A stretch of DNA of 42,957 nt from assembly GCF_001194135.2 (NCBI RefSeq), contig NC_068982.1:124740413-124783369 (forward strand), given 5' to 3'. Of this stretch, positions 35,011 to 42,957 are shown piece after piece. The notes beneath the pieces are model-generated. The model was given only the letters and a program-made list of their open reading frames with translations. It had not been told where the DNA came from and did no database searches. A program made the position numbers and the translations under genes. The DNA comes from Octopus bimaculoides. Its lineage: Eukaryota. Each line of letters opens with the position of its first letter. Positions within the stretch are counted from its first letter, which is position 1.

Positions 35011-35675
35011 TCTCGCTGACTCTAACAGTTGAGAGATAAGGTAATTGATATATATGGTAAGTACTATAATAATACTTGCCTGTAACAACGTTCCACAACG
35101 CATGGGTCACGGCCTAAATTGTGTCCTAGAAGAATTTCTGGAAGAGTCACAGAAAGAAATATTTGATAAAATGTAAAATATTCTTCAATTTGTTGCATAG
35201 CTATAAGCATTGAGAATGCAATATCACATTTACAGAAAAAATTGAGTAATGTTTTTGCCAGAAAAATATCAAATGGTAAGTGTTCCCCACACTTTTACTT
35301 ACAACACTAAAATGGCATCTCGGTAACAACACATTTCTGAGAACTTTTTGATAATTTTTCTCTTTTATTTGGAAAGGGGAATTTTCCCGAAGTGTTATAG
35401 GATCATTAAACAATCTATATAAGGTAATACAATATCTTTCCTTTAATTTTTCTTTTCATTTGTTTGCATCACCTTACGCATTTGCCTAATTTTTCACTTA
35501 CTTTTGTATTCTTTACACATTACAATGCGCCAGACAAATTGTAATACTCTTTCATTTAAATATTTTTAAAGGGTCATGATGCATTATTTTTTATCCAAAA
35601 TGGGTCGCAATGATAAACTGTTAGGTAGTTAGCTTGTATACTTTATGGTACGCTCAATAACTATTGTAGTTTATA

Positions 35676-35918
35676 TACGGGGTTGGCCAAAAATCACCCG
35701 ACAGTAAATAAAAATTCCATAAATACTTAATATTCAATTTTATTTATTCATTCCAATTATGAATGCTTAATAATTGAATGCTGTGAGTTAAAATCACCGT
35801 TTTTTTTTTAATATTTGTCTATTTATTAGCGAAGTCTCATATAAAATAATTTTTTTGTTCTAATCCTGGAATTAAATGGTTTTGATTTACTGTCAGGTGA
35901 CTTTTAACCAACTCCGTA
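35676..35918. mobile_element. Tc1/mariner-type MITE with ~38-bp TIRs and TA TSD
   Basis: Left TA-CGGGGTTGGCCAAAAATCACCCGACAGTAAAT; right end reverse-complemented TA-CGGAGTTGGTTAAAAGTCACCTGACAGTAAAT. Confidence 0.85.
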
Positions 35919-37219
35919 TATTTACTTAGCTAACTGAAACCAATTTCGACGATTAACTTAACCTGTTATGCGTAGGCATGCACTAATGTGCTGCTAGTAT
36001 GTAGATATACCACAGCCTTTTTAAAGTCACAATCATTTGAACTGGTTCTTTATACGATCTTTAATGTCGGAAACAATTACTAAAGTAAACTAGACTACGT
36101 GGTTGAAGCTTGATTCATATCAACTTTAGACATATTACTTAGTGTTAGCGAGCATGTGGGAAATCTATTACTTAAAGCACTCCATGGAAACTAATTATGG
36201 TCGGCAGTTTCTAATGGGTGTAAATGGAACGATGTTTCCGAAGTTTGCGTTCATTTAGAATAATATTATCTCTATTAAATTTGCAACACTCTCTAGGAAA
36301 TGTTACTCTCAAAGTGACATTAATTTCTCTCTTTTAACAATGACTACTTAAATTATTCATATAAAATGTCCCGCCCGCTTGCCAAGCATACAATTTGTTA
36401 CATGCCAAATAGAATCTATTTGGACACACCTCTTCTTCAGCTCTGGTAAACACATAACGAAGAAGAAACTAATTTAAATAATAATCAACAAAAACAATTT
36501 TTCTAGTTTTTCTGGTTCTTCTCAGTTAATCGATGTTGCAAGATGCGAATTAACATACGTCCAGTTTTTCTGTTTCATTTTACGCCACAAAGATAAATGA
36601 CACTACTTTCTCATCTATTATACCGAAGCTCTGAAACGCACACACACACACACTAAATAAATGAATAAATAAAATCAAGCTGCTTGATTTAAATCGTGGA
36701 GATAAATGATTCTGTTGTTACCGGAGGCAGTAGATAGCTTAATATAATCAATCTAAAACAATGCTGTCTACTTAAGTTTACGCTTCTGACATTTACCCTT
36801 TTCATAATGAGTCTTTAGAATAAATATAGTATCGGTGTTATATATCTAATTCTCCAGGAAGCCTGTGGCTGTTTTTATTGTCTTTGCTTTCAAACTCTTA
36901 TATTTGCAGTTATGACTACATCTCATGGAAATGTTTCATGAATCCATGAGGTTATTTCATTAAGTTCACCAACGCTACTTTGAATGAATACATATACTTA
37001 TATATTCACTCTAGATACTTGCTTTCTTCAACAAAAATACAATCTTCACGATGTTCTTGTACAAATATAGACAAAAGCCCTCTAATAAATTTTCGACCTT
37101 AAACCTCTACTTATTTTACAACAGTTCGTTTACGTATTATGAAAGCAGAAAGAGGGAGCGGGGGTTCGTGTTTTATCAGTAACGATGGAGAAATACGTAA
37201 CGATAGTGACAGGAAAAAA

Positions 37220-37541
37220 GGTGCGTGGCTTAGTGGTTAGGATATTCGGCTCACGATAGTAAGATCACGAGTTCGATTCCCGGCGACGCGTTGTGCGCTT
37301 GAGCAAGACACTTTATTTCACGTTGCTTCAGTTCACTCAGCTGGCAAAAATGAGTAGTAGTACCTGTATTTCAAAAGGTCAGCCTTGTCATATTCTATGT
37401 CACGCTGAATCTCCCTGAGAATTACGTTAAGGCTACGTGTGTCTGTGGAGTGCTCAGCCACTTGTACGTTAATTTCACGAGCAGGCTGTTCCGTTGATCG
37501 GATCGATTGGAACCCATGCAATCGTAAGCGACGGAGTGCCA
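37220..37541 (+). mobile_element. Family D-head SINE with tail X
   Basis: gtggcttagtggttagg...GAGTTCGATTCCC, CORE-like ttgagcaagacactttatttcacgttg; tail gtcagccttgtca...cacgagcaggctgttcc...ggagtgcca matches 22754-22935. Confidence 0.9.
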
Positions 37542-38270
37542 GTACAGTAACAGAAAGAAGAAATCTCTCGCTCCTTTCTTTTCCTTAATTCCCTATATCA
37601 CTTCCTTGCTCTCTTAATACTCTCTCTCTCTCTCTCTCTACCCTCCTCTCTCCTACATGGGCAGTTGTATGTCATCCATTTAATGTTTAAGCCGAAATTA
37701 TCCGGGAAGAGCCGAACTATTTCCGCCTTTCCCATTTTAAGCAGATGATAAGTTTTTTACATTGAAAATATTTAAAGATCTCGGATAAGTTAATGAACTA
37801 ACGGCAAATATATTCTCAACTTTTTATGACCACCAACAAAACTATATCAATATTTACATCAAGAAGTATCAGCCAACAGCATAAACAATAAGCCATTGGA
37901 TCGTATTTCAGAGTCACAGATATACAACGTTTATAGATTCTGTTCCAGACACTGCAAAATTATATCAGCCATTCTACTTGTTGAAGCTTCCTAGGGCTTC
38001 TACCACATCAATTTCTGTAACAAGAAATAGGAGCCACTGTCTTACTCCATTGAAATCTTGATCAGCCTTAGATACTTGACTGTTGGTTAAAAAATTAATG
38101 CTTTTTATTACTACAATTCTTCAGAATCTATTAGAGTAGGTGCAAGCGCTAATATGTGATTTATAAAAACATGTGACATATTAATAAAAATCTGTAAATA
38201 TACAACCATCCAGATCTCTGAGTACCTTATTATTTTTTCTAATATATATATATATAACTTAATTTATATT

Positions 38271-38638
38271 ATAGGAGTGACTGTGTGGTAAGACGCTTGC
38301 TTCCCAACCACATGGTTTCGGGTTCAGTCCAACTGCGTGGAACCTTGGGCAAGTGTCTTCTACTATAGCCTCGGGCCGACCAAAGCCTTGTGAGTGGATT
38401 TGTTGACGAAAACTGAATGAAGCCCATCGTATATATGTATATATATGTATGTGTGTGTATATGTTTGTGTGTCTGTGTTTGTCTCCCCAACATCGCTTGA
38501 CAACCAATGCTGGTGTGTTTACGTCCCCGTAACATAGCGGTTCGGCAAAAGAGACCGATAGAATAAGTACTAGGCTTACAAAGAATAAGTCCTGGGGTCG
38601 GTTTGCTCGACTAAAGGTGGTGCTCCATGACTGAAATA
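38271..38638 (+). mobile_element. Family B SINE, near full length (duplicated across the gap at 38833-39105)
   Basis: Matches the reverse complement of 2116-2536. Confidence 0.9.
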
Positions 38639-39246
38639 NNNNNNNNNNNNNNNNNNNNNNNNNNNNNNNNNNNNNNNNNNNNNNNNNNNNNNNNNNNNNN
38701 NNNNNNNNNNNNNNNNNNNNNNNNNNNNNNNNNNNNNNNNNNNNNNNNNNNNNNNNNNNNNNNNNNNNNNNNNNNNNNNNNNNNNNNNNNNNNNNNNNNN
38801 NNNNNNNNNNNNNNNNNNNNNNNNNNNNNNNNAAAACTGAATGAAGCCCATCGTATATATGTATATATATGTATGTGTGTGTATATGTTTGTGTGTCTGT
38901 GTTTGTCTCCCTACCATTGCTTGACGACCGATGCTGGTGTGTTTACATCCCCGTAACTTAGTGGTTCGGCAAAAGAGACCGGTAGAATAAGTACCAGGCT
39001 TGCAAAGAATAAGTTCTGGGATTGATTAGTTCGACTAAAGGCGGTGCTCCAGCATGGCTGCAGTCAAATGACTGAAATAAATAAAATAACAAAAAGAATA
39101 AAAGAGTATATATATATGAACTAAGAAAAACGTCTGCATATGGTCACTCGCTCTGCCAGAAATGGCAGGTAAATATCATTCATATCATACCTTTGGATCT
39201 TAGAAGAGAAGAACGATGATTTGTGATTAATATCAGATGGGATGTA

Positions 39247-39445
39247 AGCGGTAAGCTGGTAGAATCGTTAGTACGCCAGGCAACATGTTTAGCAGCATTT
39301 CGTCTGTTTTTAAGTTTTTGAGTTCAAATTCCGCCGCGGTCGACTTTGCCTTTCATCCTTTCGTAGTCGATAAAATAAGTAACAGTTGAGTACTTATCCC
39401 ATCCCCCGAACTTACTGGCCTTGTGCCAAAATTTGAAATCAATAT
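39247..39445 (+). mobile_element. Family A SINE
   Basis: gcggtaagctggtagaatcgttag...gagttcaaattccgccgcggtcgactttgcc. Confidence 0.85.
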
Positions 39446-40199
39446 TCGACGGATTGATCACGGCTGGAACATATTTTATAATAGGTTTGTTTGGTTAAGG
39501 CTGGCAAAAGTGACAACTTAATCCACAGATAGAGAGTGGGGGAAGACATCTTCAAACTGGAGACCTGGCCAGAGTGTTTTTAAAAGGGAAGACACCACTA
39601 GAGATACCCAGGGTCCCAAGTGGTGGAGTTAAATCGGCTGATGCATTAATGCACGTGATTTGAACTCGGAACCGGAAAAGATACCGCAAGGTATCCGGTC
39701 CGAGGTTCTTACAGTGCTATCAATCCATGTCCCTGTTACATTTTTTTTTATTAATCCGGAAAGGAGAAAAAGCTAATTTACTTCAGTAGGATTTGAACTC
39801 AAAGCACAAAATATTACGGGGCATTTTATCCCAGATGCTCTAATGACTCCACTAATCCATCACTTCGAAAAAACAAACAAAACACTGTTGTCGTATGTGT
39901 AACTTCTAAGACCGAGACAAACAACTCTAATAACTAGATACAATATACTAAGTCCTATATTACAGACGAAACTACAGAAGCTGTGTTGAAACAACCAATA
40001 CATCCTTACCAAGTAACTCATTTCATTCTAACTCCTTCCCTGAATGACAAGAGTTACTTACAACAATCTATTTATAGAATGAAGCTGGGGTGACTCGAAC
40101 TAGAAATGTCAATAGAAAAGAAGCCTCGGCGCTAGATATATTGGGAGAGGCTGGAAATATACGAATGGGATAGGTTTCTTTAGATAGACACTTCAATAT

Positions 40200-40853
40200 T
40201 AATTCTAACTTTGGCACAAAGCCAGCAATTTTGAGGAGACGAGGAAGTCGATTACATCGACCTCAGTACTTGACTGGTACTTATTTTACTGACTCCGAAA
40301 GGAAAGGCAAAGTCGACCTCGGCAGGATTTGAACTCAGACGTAAAACCGGAAGAAACGCTGCTAAACATCTCATCCGACGTGCTAAAGATTCAACCTGTT
40401 CATTGCCTTTTAATAACAGTTTCAAATTTTTGGCACAGGGTCAGCAATTTTAGGTCTGTGGGTAAATCGATTACATTGATTCCAGTCCAGTGCTTGACCG
40501 GTAATTATTTTATCGACTTCAAAGGGATAAAAGGCAACGACGACCTTGGCGGAATTTGAACTCAGAACGTAAAGCTATACCAAATGCCGCTAAGTATTTT
40601 GTCTGACGTGCTTACGAGTCTGCCAGTTTGCCACCTTACTTCGCTTAATACATTGATTTCAAATTTTGGCACAAGTCCAGCAATTCCAGGGGAAGAGTGT
40701 AAGTCCATTACATCGACCCCAGTTTTCAACTGGTACTTATTTTATCGACCCGGAAAGAATGAAAAGCAAAGTCGACCTCTGCAGAATTTGAACTCGGACG
40801 AGATATCGCTAAGTATTTTGCCCGGTGTGCTAACGATTCTGCCAGCTCGCTGC
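40200..40853 (-). mobile_element. Three head-to-tail family A SINEs (about 40200-40400, 40410-40633, 40651-40853)
   Basis: Three consecutive reverse-complement family A units; CCTTACTTYGCTTAATA duplicated at 40634-40650 and 40854-40870. Confidence 0.85.
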
Positions 40854-41463
40854 CCTTACTTTGCTTAATATATTGGAAATGGAATGCAGATTTCGTAATG
40901 AAGTGGTAGAGTCAATAGAGAATCTAATAGAATTCCTCAAGGAATTTATTCCGGCTCTTTTCATTTCGAAAGCAAATCCCATTATTATTTTACTGGGAGA
41001 GTAGACTTAATCAGGTTACCCGATGTAATTTTATCATCTTCCAGCATTTGTGTTTTTAGCGGAGTCTACTCTGTTGCAATTATTTCGGCCACGTCGGTTT
41101 AACGATACTTTCTTCTCTCTCACTCACAGGCTTTGGAGATACTTGCCTCTTGACAAAAAGACTATATTTCCTATTATTAGTAAATTAGATGCAGGAGGAC
41201 AAAAGTTAACAAATGCATCAATAATTTCATCGTTTATGAAAGAAATTGCGAGACGAAATCTCCAAGGGATTTAACAGGTGCTATACCAGAGGAACCAGAT
41301 TTCAAAATTATATGCTATATATACAACGTGGCTCATGCAAAAATAGAGAGGAATAAAGAATTAAAAAAAAAAAAGAAAAGAAAAACATTGCTAATGTAAA
41401 GGAGGTTTCGTAGAATGTCGAATAAGTTCAATTACCACGAGAACAGGAAAATTTGGGGATTTT

Positions 41464-41537
41464 ATCACATAGAAGACATCCGTTCTCATTCGATCACCAA
41501 AGTTAAGCAATGTAGAGCCTAGTTAGTACCTAGATGG
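41464..41537 (+). pseudogene. 5S rRNA-derived segment (about nt 13-86 of 5S, including box A, IE and the start of box C)
   Basis: ATCAC..GTTCTCATTCGATCACCAAAGTTAAGCAATGTAGAGCCTAGTTAGTACCTAGATGG aligns without gaps to the metazoan 5S sequence I recall (roughly 80% by eye); many differences are CpG-type transitions. Confidence 0.8.
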
Positions 41538-41700
41538 ACAGCCAATTGACAGCATCATCAGAGCGTCGGATAGATTATTTTGCAGTATTCGTTCTGGCTT
41601 TCTACACACTAAGTTCAAATCCGACATAAGTCAACTTTACCTTTCATTTTTTGGTGATCGATAGATAAAATAAAGTACCAGTCCTGTACCGAAGTTGACT
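41536..41700 (+). mobile_element. Degenerate family A SINE abutting the 5S segment
   Basis: ggacagccaattgacagcatc..gagcgtcgga..gcagtatt..aagttcaaatcc..aagtcaactttacctttcat..gataaaataaagtacca. Confidence 0.65.
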
Positions 41701-42957
41701 AGCTTCTTTCTGCTTGTCCTCTCTTCTTGAAGAAATCGGTTGTAGATGGACCTGAAACAGGATGGTCTCCACCAGGACTGAAAGGTTCAAGATACATCGT
41801 ATTTCACAACGGCATTTCAATGACTCCATCGAAGTGTTGAGTGCCGGCCTAAAGCTAAAGCCGAGGCCAAATCTTCAAACAAAGAGTACAAAAAGCTGAC
41901 GTCACTGCATATGGAAGGTAAGCAAAAATTAGTGGTAAAAGTTTTATTCTTAACTTGGATTCAGACAGAGCCAACAGGCCAAATAATTAAACTTTTCAAT
42001 CAACACTGCAACTGAACTTACTTGACATTCTGCAAAACCCTTTCCATTTGATTTATTGTGGTCGAACGCAGATCTTTACCAGTTTTCACTAATTTCAGAC
42101 TTTATCAAATAACTGACGTAATAAAGGTTACAAATAAATGTCTTTCTTGATATGGAGCCAAATCGCGAAACATTAATAATACCTACCCATCCGTATAGTT
42201 TTCGTCCATAAAAACCAGCTGGCTGTACTGGTAGTATTGTTTTGCTTACATAATAAACATAGCATATTTAAAAGGCACTTGTTTTATTATTGTTATTATT
42301 ATATAAACTGACACCAAACATAAATATATCTTAAAATCAGCAATTTTACTTCTTTGTATTAGAAATTATTTTCAAATAACAATAAATACAATATACATAG
42401 TTTTTTTTCTTCTTTCTTTCTCTCATTATTTTTGCGAATTTAAATGGGGTTTGAAGTTAGGAATTACGCCATCTTTACGAGAAATCGTGAAACAGGTGAT
42501 CACACAGTGTGTGGTGGTGGGGGAAGAAGGAATAGCGTATATAATATATAAGGCTTTCATTGAACTCATTTGAATACATTTCAGGTGAGAAGTAACCATG
42601 ACGAACAAATGTTTCGAGTGCTACGAACACATAACTATTATTGTGATATGTAATCAGTGAGCTATATATATATTTCAATAGAAAATACACACGATTTCAC
42701 AACTCGGAGTAACATCACATGGCGGTTGTGTAATTCACTATAAATTGTTAGAGTTCGTTTCAAAAATTATCTTCAAAATCCGTCAAATATATATCAATAT
42801 TGAGTAATGTTTTTTTTTTTAAATTTTTGTATGGAATTATACCATTATTGCGAACGTATTATTCATTATAATAACAAGAAAATATTTATATATTTACATA
42901 TTTATAGATTATACAGATATATCTGTGCAAAGATTTACATATATATATATATATATA

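Noticed and set aside
38833-39105. Second family B copy overlapping 38411-38638
   Set aside because: Gap-flanking near-duplicate with an identical microsatellite; probably an uncollapsed haplotype
41727-41925. Possible plus-strand exon ending GGAAG|GTAAGC, or a minus-strand RTE-like CxxC..H knuckle
   Set aside because: All frames have stops or need frameshifts and there is no convincing acceptor; neither reading is supportable
1-42957. CRISPR array, operon or prokaryotic system
   Set aside because: No regularly spaced repeat-spacer array; the sequence is eukaryotic and repeat-dominated

Overview
AT-rich, repeat-saturated eukaryotic draft-genome DNA with 13 N-gaps and many di/tri/tetranucleotide microsatellites. 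The repeat families resemble those I recall from octopus (coleoid cephalopod) genomes; this is an inference. I cannot support any host protein-coding gene, intact tRNA/rRNA gene or CRISPR array, so the window is probably intronic or intergenic. Contents: many tRNA-derived SINEs of several families (labelled A, B, C/D and E here), an internally deleted L1/Tx1-type LINE nested in a SINE with a 14-bp TSD, two 3' fragments of restriction-like-endonuclease non-LTR elements sitting in microsatellites, an RTE-like 3' fragment, two Tc1/mariner MITEs and a 5S rRNA-derived segment. Three observations stand out. (1) Two direct repeats at 17.9-18.7 kb each carry a minimal type I hammerhead ribozyme on the minus strand, with cleavage sites exactly 510 nt apart (retrozyme/Penelope pLTR-like, possible circRNA); weaker hammerhead motifs lie at about 0.95 kb and 13.5 kb. 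(2) The Tx1-type LINE and a SINE subfamily share a ~45-nt 3' tail and both insert into the head of family-A SINEs. (3) A 5S rRNA-derived promoter segment is fused directly to a SINE head. All alignments, translations and folds were done by eye.
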